Origin: Sphaerochaeta sp.
GTDB taxonomy: Bacteria > Spirochaetota > Spirochaetia > Sphaerochaetales > Sphaerochaetaceae
DNA length: 64,000 bases
Reading direction: 5' to 3'
NCBI GenBank assembly: GCA_034007055.1
Contig: JAVERP010000019.1
Coordinates: 398-64,397 of the forward strand
In this document: piece after piece, positions 18,280 through 27,743 of the stretch
Position numbering within the stretch: the first letter of the stretch is position 1
How the letters are laid out: every line of letters begins with the position of its first letter
Position numbers and translations under genes: made by a program
Notes under the pieces: generated by a model
The model's input: the letters and a program-made list of their open reading frames with translations, nothing else
What the model was told of the DNA's origin: nothing
The model's database searches: none

Positions 18280-18939
18280 ATGCGAGACAGGGAGCCGAAA
18301 TTCACCAAAAAGACCTTTGATCACCTTCCTGTAGAGAAGCAACAGCTTATCCTATCCACTGCTACAGAGGAGTTTGCCCATAACGGGTATGAAAGGACGA
18401 ACATCAACGTCATTGCAGAGAAGGCAGGCATCAGTGTCGGCTCGCTCTACAAATACTTCACCTCCAAAGAGGACCTCTTTCTTATGACCGTGCATGAAGG
18501 ATCAGCTTTCCTTGCCAAGACCCTAGAACCCATCATTGAATCAGATAGGACCCTCATAGAGAAGCTACAGAGCATCATTCAGGTAGTGCAGACCACCTGT
18601 CGGGAACATCAGAACCTTATCAAGCTCTATAGCGAGATGACCTCAGTGGGTAATGCTGATCTTGTCCAACGCCTCTCGCATGAGATAGAGAGCATCTCTA
18701 GCGGGGCCTATGCAAAGCTCTTGCAGGAGGGCCAAGAACGGGGTGAAGTCCGAAAGGATATCGACCCCCGCCTAGGGGCCTTCTTTGTAGACAACCTGTT
18801 CATGTCCCTGCAGTTCTCCTATGTGAATGCGTACTATGTCCAACGCTTCAAGACCTATGCAGGGGAGACCATACTTGAACAAGACGAACATGTAGCAGGG
18901 CAGATGATCGAGTTTATCCGATCTGCCTTGCTCGTATGA
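18280..18939 (+). CDS. TetR/AcrR-family transcriptional regulator
   Basis: ATG 18280 preceded by AGGAGGG. ATEEFAHNGYERTNINVIAEKAGISVGSLYKYF is a canonical TetR HTH. Confidence 0.9.
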   Translation: MRDREPKFTKKTFDHLPVEKQQLILSTATEEFAHNGYERTNINVIAEKAGISVGSLYKYFTSKEDLFLMTVHEGSAFLAKTLEPIIESDRTLIEKLQSIIQVVQTTCREHQNLIKLYSEMTSVGNADLVQRLSHEIESISSGAYAKLLQEGQERGEVRKDIDPRLGAFFVDNLFMSLQFSYVNAYYVQRFKTYAGETILEQDEHVAGQMIEFIRSALLV

Positions 18940-18952
18940 CAGGAGGGTATCA

Positions 18953-20554
18953 ATGGACAAAGCTACGTATCTTCTCTCCTACGATGTGGGTACCACTGGG
19001 GTGAAGACCTGCCTGTTTGCTGTTCAGGAGACCCTGGTCCTGGTTGCCTCAGAGATGAGCGGCTATCCTCTGTATATATCCGAAGGTGGTGGAGCGGAGC
19101 AGGACCCTCTGGATTGGCTTTCGGCTATGGAGAAGAGCACCAAGGAAGTCCTTGCCCGTTCAGGCATTGACCCCTCTTCAATAGCAGGAATTTCCTTTTG
19201 TTCGCAGATGCAAGGCTTGGTCCTGGTCGACGAACAAGGGACTGCCTTGCGCCCGGCCTTCAGCTATCTTGACCAACGGGCAACGAAGGAACTGAAGAAA
19301 GGCCTTGCCCATGGCCCCCAGATAGCCGGGGCGAATGTATTTAAGCTATTGCATTCACTGGCCATTACAGGGGCTGTGGCTTTGAGTGTGAAGGACCCCG
19401 TCTGGAAGTATCACTGGGTGCGTAGTAACGAACCCGAGATTTTTTCTCGTATCCATAAGTGGCTCGATGTCAAGGAGTACCTCATTGCCCAGATGACCGG
19501 CTCCTTTGTCATGACTGAGGACTCAGCCTTCGCCACCTTGCTGATGAATGTGAAAAAGAGACAGTGGAGCCCTTCTATCTGCAAGATGCTAGAGGTGAAC
19601 CTGGACCACCTGCCCAAGATAGTGCTATCAACTGACCAGGTCGGGATAGTTACCGAGAAAGCGGCAGCTCGTTTGGGCCTCTCTGCTGGAACTCCTGTCT
19701 TTGGTGGAGGAGGGGACGCTGCAGTGATCGGACTGGGCGCGGGAGCAACAAAACCAGGGGACTGCCACATCTATATGGGGACATCGGGGTGGGTTTCCAC
19801 CGTGGTTTCCAAGAGCATGGTCGATGCAGCCTCCAAGACAGCTGCCATCGTCAGTGCAGTGCCGGGAATGTTTACCTACTTCTCCGAACTGGAGACAGCA
19901 GGCAAGTGCCTGGAATGGGTGCGTGACCATCTTGCCCTTGATGAGATCAACATCTATCTGGATAAGACGATGGTCACCGACTCCCCCGAGGCTGTAATAC
20001 AGAATCTTTATGACTATCTGGACTCGGTAATCAGCACTATTGGACCTGGAGAGAATAAGATAATCTTCACCCCTTGGCTCCATGGCAACCGCTGTCCTTT
20101 TGAGGATAGCAAGGCGAGGGGGATGTTCTTCAACATCGGCCTCGATACTGGCAAGACCGAAATGATCAGGGCAGTCACCGAAGGGGTGTGCTTCCATCTG
20201 CGTTGGTTCTTGGAGGTGCAGGAGAAGAAGGTAAAGACCTCTCCCACTATTCGCTTTGTCGGAGGAGGGGCCCTCTCCCCCGTTACCTGCCAGATTCTTG
20301 CAGATATTCTGGGACGAAGGATTGAGACCATCGAAAGCCCGCAGAATGTCGGTGCCTTGGGAGCATCTCTTGTGGCAGCCTTGGGCCTTGGCTTTTTCGC
20401 CTCTGCTGATGAGGCTATTGGTGCCATTGCTACAAATAAAAGCTATGAACCGGATATGGAGGCAAAGAAGCTATATGACAAGACCTATAGTGTCTTCAAA
20501 GCATTGTACAAGAGTAACAGAAAACATTTTTCACAGCTGAACGACAAAGGATAA
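18953..20554 (+). CDS. FGGY-family carbohydrate kinase
   Basis: 533 aa. N-terminal YLLSYDVGTTGVKTC and C-terminal FVGGGALSP motifs fit the FGGY (xylulokinase/glycerol kinase) fold. Substrate unknown. Confidence 0.85.
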   Translation: MDKATYLLSYDVGTTGVKTCLFAVQETLVLVASEMSGYPLYISEGGGAEQDPLDWLSAMEKSTKEVLARSGIDPSSIAGISFCSQMQGLVLVDEQGTALRPAFSYLDQRATKELKKGLAHGPQIAGANVFKLLHSLAITGAVALSVKDPVWKYHWVRSNEPEIFSRIHKWLDVKEYLIAQMTGSFVMTEDSAFATLLMNVKKRQWSPSICKMLEVNLDHLPKIVLSTDQVGIVTEKAAARLGLSAGTPVFGGGGDAAVIGLGAGATKPGDCHIYMGTSGWVSTVVSKSMVDAASKTAAIVSAVPGMFTYFSELETAGKCLEWVRDHLALDEINIYLDKTMVTDSPEAVIQNLYDYLDSVISTIGPGENKIIFTPWLHGNRCPFEDSKARGMFFNIGLDTGKTEMIRAVTEGVCFHLRWFLEVQEKKVKTSPTIRFVGGGALSPVTCQILADILGRRIETIESPQNVGALGASLVAALGLGFFASADEAIGAIATNKSYEPDMEAKKLYDKTYSVFKALYKSNRKHFSQLNDKG

Positions 20555-20564
20555 GGAGAGGGCC

Positions 20565-21011
20565 ATGCAAGAAAGGGAACAGGAAAAACTGACAGGCAAG
20601 GAGAACATTACCCAGATTACCAAGTTTGTACTCTTCTCCATCTCTGCTGGCATCATCCAGGTGATAGTCTTCACCATCATGTTGGAGATGCTTCACATCC
20701 CCTACTGGGGCAGTTACCTGACGGCCCTGATAGCCAGTGTCATATATAACTTCACCGTCAACCGTCGCTTTACCTTCAAGAGTGCCAACAACATCCCCCT
20801 GGCTATGATTCAGCTGGGTGCCTACTACGCTATCTTTACCCCGCTATCAACATGGTGGGGTGATGCCTTGGTTGGCATAGGGTGGCATGAGTACCTAGTG
20901 CTCGCCCTGACGATGCTTACTAATCTTGTCACTGAATTTTGCGTCAATCGATTTGTCATCTATCGGAACTCGATGAATACTCGGGTTTCCCAAACAAAAC
21001 AAACACCATAA
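20565..21011 (+). CDS. GtrA-family membrane protein
   Basis: 148 aa with four TM helices. KFVLFSISAGIIQ...NFTVNRRFTFK resembles the GtrA-like family. Confidence 0.7.
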   Translation: MQEREQEKLTGKENITQITKFVLFSISAGIIQVIVFTIMLEMLHIPYWGSYLTALIASVIYNFTVNRRFTFKSANNIPLAMIQLGAYYAIFTPLSTWWGDALVGIGWHEYLVLALTMLTNLVTEFCVNRFVIYRNSMNTRVSQTKQTP

Positions 21012-21032
21012 ACACACTCCAGGAGGTTACTC

Positions 21033-22508
21033 ATGAATACCGGGTTCGCCATTACAACCTATCCAGACGTTGATAAGGTCACCAAACAATTGGATGCCCT
21101 GATCAAGATGCCCATACACAGTATCAAACGCGATGCACTCAAGCGCTATGAAGAGGAGTATTTCGATAAGAAATGTAGTGCCTCCAAGGCAATGATAGCG
21201 GATGCCAAGCAGGCAATACCCGGAGGGGTCCAGCACAACCTCGCCTTCAACCACCCCTTCCCGCTGGTGATAACCAAGGCTGAGGGTGCCTACCTCCATG
21301 ACCTCGATGGGAACACGTACTTTGACTTCCTGCAGGCAGGAGGACCTACTGTGCTTGGTTCCAATCCTCCTGAAGTACGCACCAAGGTCATCGAGTTGCT
21401 TGAAGCGTGCGGTCCTTCAACAGGGTTGTTCCACGAGTATGAGTACAAGCTTGCAAAAAAGATCTGTGACAGCGTACCAAGTGTGGATAAGTTCAGGATG
21501 CTCAATTCAGGCTCGGAAGCCTGCATGGCCGCCGTCAGGGTGGCGCGCCTGGCGACCAAGAAGAAGAACATCATCAAGATGGGTGGAGCCTATCATGGGT
21601 GGAGTGACCAGCTCGCCTATGGCATACGCGTCCCCGGCTCGAAAGGAACCCAGGCACACGGGGTGCCGGGCTTCTTGTTCCGTCATACCCAGGAGTTTTT
21701 CCCCAACAGCATCCCCAGCTTGAAACGGCAGCTGAGCTTGAACAAGCTTCGGGGTGGAACCGCCGCAGTCTTCATCGAGCCGGTAGGTCCTGAGAGCGGG
21801 ACACGCCCCCTTTCAAAGGATTTCAACCAGCAGGTTGCAAAGCTTTGTAAAGAGTATGGAGCCCTTCTTATCTTCGATGAGGTGGTCACCGGCTTCAGAA
21901 TCGGCATGTCCGGGGCCCAGGGGTATTTTGATGTGAAGCCCGACCTCACCGTCTTTGGCAAGGTCATCGCCGGAGGCTACCCCGGAGCCGGTGGGCTTGG
22001 AGGCAAGGATGAGTATATGCGCTATCTTGCTGCAGGGATTCAGACAGGGGACAAGATCCATAGGGCCTTGGTCGGAGGCACTATGGCCGCCACCCCGATA
22101 AGCTGTGTGGCAGGGTACTACACCCTCGAAGCCATCGAGAAGCACAAGGCTTGTGAGAAGGCAGGTGCTATGGGCGACCGTCTCACTGCAGGGCTTCAGA
22201 GCCTGATAGAGAAAAAGCATCTTCCCTTTGTTGCATTCAACCAGGGCTCCATCTGTCACCTTGAGACTGTGGGGACTATGCACTTCTCCATCAACTGGAA
22301 CAAGCCATGGACCATTCCCTCTGTCATCAAGGAAACTTCGATACGAAAGAAAGAGATGGAGTATATGGGAGCCGCCTATATGGCAGAGGGGTTGGTGACC
22401 TTAGCAGGGAGCAGACTCTATACCAGTGCCGCCTATGATGAGGCTATGATAGACAAGGCACTCGAAGCTTTTGGACGGGTATTCGATCAGGTCGCTGAGA
22501 TTGTCTAG
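21033..22508 (+). CDS. Class-III (GSA-aminomutase-like) PLP-dependent aminotransferase
   Basis: 491 aa. NSGSEA, FDEVVTGFR and DLTVFGKVIAGGYP (PLP lysine) motifs. Confidence 0.85.
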   Translation: MNTGFAITTYPDVDKVTKQLDALIKMPIHSIKRDALKRYEEEYFDKKCSASKAMIADAKQAIPGGVQHNLAFNHPFPLVITKAEGAYLHDLDGNTYFDFLQAGGPTVLGSNPPEVRTKVIELLEACGPSTGLFHEYEYKLAKKICDSVPSVDKFRMLNSGSEACMAAVRVARLATKKKNIIKMGGAYHGWSDQLAYGIRVPGSKGTQAHGVPGFLFRHTQEFFPNSIPSLKRQLSLNKLRGGTAAVFIEPVGPESGTRPLSKDFNQQVAKLCKEYGALLIFDEVVTGFRIGMSGAQGYFDVKPDLTVFGKVIAGGYPGAGGLGGKDEYMRYLAAGIQTGDKIHRALVGGTMAATPISCVAGYYTLEAIEKHKACEKAGAMGDRLTAGLQSLIEKKHLPFVAFNQGSICHLETVGTMHFSINWNKPWTIPSVIKETSIRKKEMEYMGAAYMAEGLVTLAGSRLYTSAAYDEAMIDKALEAFGRVFDQVAEIV

Positions 22509-22518
22509 GGGAGTACAT

Positions 22519-23634
22519 ATGGAACTTGAACAGGCTAAAGATGCGGTGATGGAGGCGAGCGGGCAGTTGGTTGCCCTTGGTCTGGTAGCCCGGACCTGGG
22601 GCAATGTCAGTTGCAGGGTAGGAGAGAGTCACTTTCTCATCACCCCCAGCGGAAGACCGTATGAAAGCCTTACGAAAGAGCAGCTGGTCCTTGTGAGCCT
22701 TGAGGACCTGAGCTACCCGAAAGGAGTAAAGCCTTCTTCAGAAAAAAAGCTCCATAGGGAGGTCTACAAGCTGAAAGGGGATGTTGGGTGTGTGATCCAT
22801 ACCCATCAGGAGATGGCCTCCCTGGCCGGGTTGCTTGGAAAGGATATCCCTGTCAGCAAACAGGGTAAGCCTTTGTTGGCTGAGACAATTGCAATGGCAA
22901 GATATGGGCTTCCTGGCACCAAGACTCTAGTGAAGAATGCAGCAAAGGCCATCATCCGCAACAATGCGACAACAGTGCTCCTGGCTAACCATGGTTCTCT
23001 CTGTTTTGGTCGTGATGCCCTGGAGACCCTGGAAATAGCCAAGCGTTTGGAAGTGGAGTGCCGCACCCACCTCGCAAAGCTTCTCCCCCTGCTCGGTGAG
23101 GAGAGAGATCTCAAGGTGAGGACCTTGCCTGTTGTACTCTCCCGCCTTGAAGAAGAACCAGAACACACAGAAGAGTTGCATCAGGGGCAAGAGCTTACAC
23201 CGAACCGGGCAAGAAAGATTGCTTGCTCGCTTGCAACGGGGGAGGGAGTACAAAGGAGTGTGCTCTTTCTCTCTTCGCCTGCAGTGCTTGCAGCAGGCAA
23301 GATGCTGACAAGCCTGCCTTCCTACCTTGATGATTTTGCACAGATTGCAGGGGCTGTGGTCCCCGTTGCTACCCTTGAGATTTGCCACACAAGGTTTAAA
23401 GCGATAGGCAAGAGATGTAACGCCCTCCTCATACGAGACGAGGGTGCCCTCTGTTGGGCAAACACCCGATCGGATGCCGAGGCTGTTGCCCTCATTCTGG
23501 AAAAGAACTGCAAGGCGGCGCTTCTCGCCCAGGAGGATGCAATAGTCAAGCCAATAGGGTGGCTTGATGCCCGCCTTATGAGGTTTGTCTATCAGAAGAA
23601 GTATTCGAAGATTGCACAGGGGGAGGAGGCTTGA
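22519..23634 (+). CDS. Class II aldolase-domain protein with a second, degenerate aldolase-like domain
   Basis: 371 aa from ATG 22519. N-domain has WGNVSCR, VIHTHQEMAS and LLANHGSLCFG. C-terminal half repeats the pattern but with LLIRDEGALCW in place of the NHG motif. Confidence 0.75.
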   Translation: MELEQAKDAVMEASGQLVALGLVARTWGNVSCRVGESHFLITPSGRPYESLTKEQLVLVSLEDLSYPKGVKPSSEKKLHREVYKLKGDVGCVIHTHQEMASLAGLLGKDIPVSKQGKPLLAETIAMARYGLPGTKTLVKNAAKAIIRNNATTVLLANHGSLCFGRDALETLEIAKRLEVECRTHLAKLLPLLGEERDLKVRTLPVVLSRLEEEPEHTEELHQGQELTPNRARKIACSLATGEGVQRSVLFLSSPAVLAAGKMLTSLPSYLDDFAQIAGAVVPVATLEICHTRFKAIGKRCNALLIRDEGALCWANTRSDAEAVALILEKNCKAALLAQEDAIVKPIGWLDARLMRFVYQKKYSKIAQGEEA

Positions 23635-23953
23635 TGTAGGGTCTCTTCTTGAGGTGTATCAAACCATCAGGAAAAATGGTTATGCAAGGAGTCTCAAGGC
23701 AAGCTGTGCATACCTTTTATCAAACACGTATGGCAAAGATTTCTGGTCTATGTATCAAGATTCTATGGATTTGGACTCCATTCTCCCAGATGCTGTTGGG
23801 AAGAAAGTCCAAGGAATATATGCCCGTATGGATATTGGTTAATCTGAAAATGTCCCTGTTGTTAAAGCATATAGTATTGGCTCTCGTCTTATACGGGTGA
23901 GCAGGAAAGGTAATTATCACATTACATACGTACTCCATCAAGGATAGAGTCGG

Positions 23954-23984
23954 TCAATTGTATGTAAAAGTAACATACAATTGA
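23954..23984. promoter_or_regulatory. Perfect 12-bp inverted repeat overlapping a TTGACA box (candidate HicB operator)
   Basis: TCAATTGTATGT-aaaagta-ACATACAATTGA. The right arm overlaps TTGACA (23981..23986), ~50 nt upstream of the hicA remnant. Confidence 0.4.
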
Positions 23985-24036
23985 CAATTTATACATATAT
24001 GTGTGTAGTATCCCTACATGCTTTGGGAGTTCTCAT

Positions 24037-24173
24037 ATGCCAATGACAGGAAAAGAAATGGTTGCATACTATAAAAAGCATGGGTGGAAGGGAAAGGTTC
24101 ACAACCTATTCCTGTACATAGCTCTAAAGATCTAGGAAAAGGCTTAGAGGCAAAATTACGCAAGGGGGTTTGA
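24037..24173 (+). pseudogene. hicA: hicA toxin remnant (frameshifted and internally shortened)
   Basis: The frame from ATG 24037 gives MPMTGKEMVAYYKKHGWKGK..., then runs out of frame to a stop. Another frame ends ...GSQPIPVHSSKDLGKGLEAKLRKGV* at 24171..24173, 1 nt before hicB. Both ends look HicA-like, but the central part that would hold the catalytic His is missing and the frames do not join. Confidence 0.55.
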
Positions 24174-24174
24174 T

Positions 24175-24612
24175 ATGAAATATCATTTTAGAATATGTAA
24201 AGATGAGAATGGTGGATATTGGGCAGAAGGGATAGAATTACCTCGGTGTGTAACTCAGGGTGAGACTCTTGCAGAACTCAAAGAGTATCTGCATGACGTA
24301 TTACATCTATATTTGGATGAACCCCAAGGTTCAAATGTAACATTTCCCCTTCCTGATGAGTCTATTGAAGAAAGTGATTCTATCGTCTCCATCCCCGTCG
24401 ATAGTAGGGTTGCTGTTTCCATTTTGATGAAAAACTTCAGACTCCAGAAAAAACTCACACAAGAGCAAGCTCAGCAAATAATTGGTTTGGCAAACCGAAA
24501 CAGCTATGTAAGGCTGGAGAATACCGGGAACCCTACACTGGAGACCCTTGATAAAGTAGTGCAGGCTTTTCCAGATTTCCCCATTGATCGATGCTTTTCT
24601 GTCAGGGTATAG
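24175..24612 (+). CDS. hicB: HicB-family antitoxin (N-terminal HicB fold + C-terminal HTH)
   Basis: 145 aa. MKYHFRICKDENGGYWAEGIELPRCVTQGETLAELKEYLHDVL is a typical HicB N-domain. The C-terminal KLTQEQAQQIIGLANRNSYVRLENTGNPTLETL is an Xre-like HTH. Confidence 0.8.
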   Translation: MKYHFRICKDENGGYWAEGIELPRCVTQGETLAELKEYLHDVLHLYLDEPQGSNVTFPLPDESIEESDSIVSIPVDSRVAVSILMKNFRLQKKLTQEQAQQIIGLANRNSYVRLENTGNPTLETLDKVVQAFPDFPIDRCFSVRV

Positions 24613-24719
24613 ATACAGTTTCTCAACTCTTATTATTACAAGAAGCCTATTTCTTTCTGGACAATACAAATCTACCATTCTATAGTTAACAAAAGACCCT
24701 TTGTTTCATACAATGAGGT

Positions 24720-25940
24720 ATGTTGATGATCAATAAGAGAGGTTTTGCAAAAAGAGTTATTTCTTGGTTGAGGCTTCAGCTTGGCTTGGTTTCAATTGAT
24801 GAGGATGTCTTGATTAGCATCAATGACGCCAATTTCCTCAAGTTGCCTATCATAACCCTTGTGGGAGGGTTGATGATGCTCTCCTATTCGGTAATTTTTC
24901 ATTATTTTATTGAAACTCGATCAAGTAGCGAGGAATTTTGGCGAAGGGGAGTTGAAATAACCCATATCACCCTGACTTTAATCCTGCTTGCGATAAGCTT
25001 CCTCTCTTGGGTTCAGATACAAAAGAGGACAGGAAAACGATCAGCATATGAAATGACCCTCCAACTCATGGTAATTGCATCAGCCCTGATCAGTAGTACT
25101 ATTCTTGCTACCTTGGACCAGATTGTGACAGCAAGTATAACCCCATTTCTTATTGCTTGTATTATCATTGCCCTCTTGTTTGAGTTGAGACCCATCCTAG
25201 CAGTAGTCATTTTTTCCCTCGGCTATTTGCTTTTTTTCTCCTTGATCGGAATGTACCAAGAAAATCCATCCGTAACCCTTTCCAACCGGATCAATTCGCT
25301 GGCAGCCGTAGGTCTGGGATATATTCTTTCCTTCGTCTTTTGGAAGATTGTTGTGAGAAATAATCTACAATCGAAGTATATCTCCCAACAGCAGGAGGAG
25401 CTCCAGCGAATAAACAAGAAGCTTGAGATCCTTGCCTCATCCGATGGGCTGACAGGGTTACAGAACAGACGGATGCTTGATAGTCGCTTGGATGAAGTTC
25501 TCCAAGCGTGTGAAGAGGCAAAAGTTCCTTTCTCCATCATCCTTTTTGATCTGGATCGATTCAAGGAGTATAATGATTTCTATGGCCATGTTGCAGGCGA
25601 TGATTGTCTTAAGATAATGGCCACCATGCTCGTGGAATCGATGCGCTTTGATGGTGATACTGCGTTTCGCTACGGCGGTGAGGAGTTTGTCCTCTTACTT
25701 CCCAACATTAGTGCAGAAGAGGCCTTTGCCACTGCCGAGATGGTGAGACAGGGTGTCCTTGATCTGCAAATTGTTCATTCTGGAAACTCTGCAGCTCCGT
25801 TTGTCAGCGCAAGCTTTGGTGTCTTGACCCTCACTGTTGTTACAAACTTTATGAATGCAGATGTCCTTAGTCGTGTCGATACCCTGCTTTACCGAGCAAA
25901 GGCCCAGGGACGAAACTGTTCAGTGCAGGGCGTCGAATAG
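24720..25940 (+). CDS. Membrane-anchored diguanylate cyclase (GGDEF domain)
   Basis: 406 aa. Polytopic N-terminal half, then GLTGLQNRR and RYGGEEFVLLLP (GGEEF active site). Confidence 0.9.
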   Translation: MLMINKRGFAKRVISWLRLQLGLVSIDEDVLISINDANFLKLPIITLVGGLMMLSYSVIFHYFIETRSSSEEFWRRGVEITHITLTLILLAISFLSWVQIQKRTGKRSAYEMTLQLMVIASALISSTILATLDQIVTASITPFLIACIIIALLFELRPILAVVIFSLGYLLFFSLIGMYQENPSVTLSNRINSLAAVGLGYILSFVFWKIVVRNNLQSKYISQQQEELQRINKKLEILASSDGLTGLQNRRMLDSRLDEVLQACEEAKVPFSIILFDLDRFKEYNDFYGHVAGDDCLKIMATMLVESMRFDGDTAFRYGGEEFVLLLPNISAEEAFATAEMVRQGVLDLQIVHSGNSAAPFVSASFGVLTLTVVTNFMNADVLSRVDTLLYRAKAQGRNCSVQGVE

Positions 25941-26050
25941 AAGGGCCTTCCGATATCGTCTGTCATACTATGTTTCCCTGCAATATCTGTTGTTACCAAC
26001 ACCTCTACACTATACTGCATAGAATTATAAGAACTGAAAAAGGATAGGGG

Positions 26051-27436
26051 TTATTCGAATTCAGTTACTCTTGAGACTGCAATATGGCTCTTGAACCAGT
26101 TTTGGAGATTTCCGCCCTCTTGCTTCAGGTTTTGGTCGAAAAAGGTGAGGACAAAGCTCTGTTGGATCTCTGCGTTTTTTAGTGGATCCAGGGAGCCGGT
26201 CTCTCCAAGGATTCTGGTGATCGGCATGTACATGTACAGCATGGAGAAATCCTGGTGTTTGCCACCCTGGACTTGGTAGATGCTGGGTTGTACGCTTGTG
26301 TTGTCAAAGAGTTGCCTGAGGAAGTGATTGTTCGGCCCTGTTTCCCACTGTTCGCTTCTCAGGAAGGTGCTGGGAACGTGCAGCCCTCTTTTCAGAATAT
26401 CCTCTCTGATCGGCTCGACCCAGGCATCAAAGCCCAGCACCGCCTTGATGCGCGGATCTGTTATGGCAAGCCTGACCACCCCCCCACCTCCGGTGGAGTG
26501 CCCAATCGCCCCAATAGCGCCTTTGTTTATTCTCTCTGAGAAGAAAGCATTGCCTTCCATAGAATCGAGCACTGCAAGGGCATCGAGTGAGAAGGTAGTG
26601 ACCAAGGCTTGGGCGTGGAGGTTGAAGTCATCGACCTCCGACCTGTCCGGAAGTGCTCCTTGGTCTACATAGTCCACCCTTCCGTTTTCGAAGACGCTTA
26701 CAGCCGCCCCATAGGTGTGGTTGATACTCACTGCAATGTAGCCATGGCTTGCAAGCATCTCACCAAGGTCAGCGTGCAGGCTTGAAAAGCCTGTCCACCC
26801 ATGGGAGATGATGATGAGGGGATAGGTCTGTTCCTTGTGACTTATCGCCAAGCCGGTATGGCTGTGGCTCTTGATCAGGGCTGTGTGGTCAAGGAGAAAA
26901 GGGGGGAGTGTGTACAGCATGGGGATCCCCGAGGCAACTTTTCTGCCGTCGACGAGCCAGTTGGTCAGCTTTCCTCCCTTGTCGTCATCTGCAGGATACC
27001 AGACCTGGTATCTGATATGACGGTCCCCTCGAGGCTCCGGGCCGTAGAGTTCCACCCTCCCCTGGTCAGTCAGATCATAGCTCACAGTCCCTATGGCGTA
27101 GGGACCTGTAGGTTTGGGCATCCTATTTACCGGAAACAGATAGAGGGCCAATATGGTTCCCAACAAGCAGGCAACCGATAGAGAAGCCAAAACTCTTCGT
27201 TTGTTCCTGCCAACAGGTATCTTGCCAAAGAAGAAAATGAGCAAAAGGATGGGCAGAGCAAGATAGACACAGACCATCTGGAGCCGCAATCCCTCAATAG
27301 TTGCATGGGCAATGAGCGCTATGGTGGAAAGGGTGAGCAAAAAAAGCTGTGCCCTTGCATGTTTCTTGTTGCAGACAAAGGTAACGATGACTAAGGCTGT
27401 TGTCAGGACCAGCATTACTAGTTCAAGAATTCTCAT
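26051..27436 (-). CDS. Membrane-anchored alpha/beta hydrolase (PAF-acetylhydrolase/lipase-like)
   Basis: 461 aa. Three N-terminal TM helices and the nucleophile elbow IGHSTGGG (GxSxG). Confidence 0.7.
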   Translation of the reverse strand: MRILELVMLVLTTALVIVTFVCNKKHARAQLFLLTLSTIALIAHATIEGLRLQMVCVYLALPILLLIFFFGKIPVGRNKRRVLASLSVACLLGTILALYLFPVNRMPKPTGPYAIGTVSYDLTDQGRVELYGPEPRGDRHIRYQVWYPADDDKGGKLTNWLVDGRKVASGIPMLYTLPPFLLDHTALIKSHSHTGLAISHKEQTYPLIIISHGWTGFSSLHADLGEMLASHGYIAVSINHTYGAAVSVFENGRVDYVDQGALPDRSEVDDFNLHAQALVTTFSLDALAVLDSMEGNAFFSERINKGAIGAIGHSTGGGGVVRLAITDPRIKAVLGFDAWVEPIREDILKRGLHVPSTFLRSEQWETGPNNHFLRQLFDNTSVQPSIYQVQGGKHQDFSMLYMYMPITRILGETGSLDPLKNAEIQQSFVLTFFDQNLKQEGGNLQNWFKSHIAVSRVTEFE

Positions 27437-27743
27437 TTTCGCCCCTCATGCAAAAAATATATGGTCTACTTGCATAACTATAGAGACTGCAAGGGGCTTT
27501 GCCAAATGAAACTTGCATAATATGGGTAAAATATAAAAAAGTAGTAAAAAGTGCACCTTCCAGCCGTGCCCTTTCTCTGCTCTGATAGATATCAGAATGC
27601 AATAGCACCAGTAGCCGCTTGGTTCAACACTGGGGATATATTCGATCCGTTTGGCAAGAGCCAGTGCAAATTCTTGTGCCAAGGCAGTATAAGCATGGTA
27701 AGATTTACTCGAATCTTGGCGAAAGAATAGGAGCAGGAAGGCT

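Noticed and set aside
23585-23941. Three overlapping 73-85-aa ORFs after the aldolase gene.
   Set aside because: They are mutually exclusive, use non-ATG or unsupported starts and match nothing I recognise. The region may still hold a remnant, which is flagged in the accessory-patch finding.
27665-27681. Sigma-54-like sequence TGGCACAAGAATTTGCA on the minus strand, upstream of the alpha/beta hydrolase gene.
   Set aside because: The GG-to-GC spacing is one nucleotide longer than consensus (N6 instead of N5). Sigma-54 promoters are intolerant of spacing changes, so it is not called.
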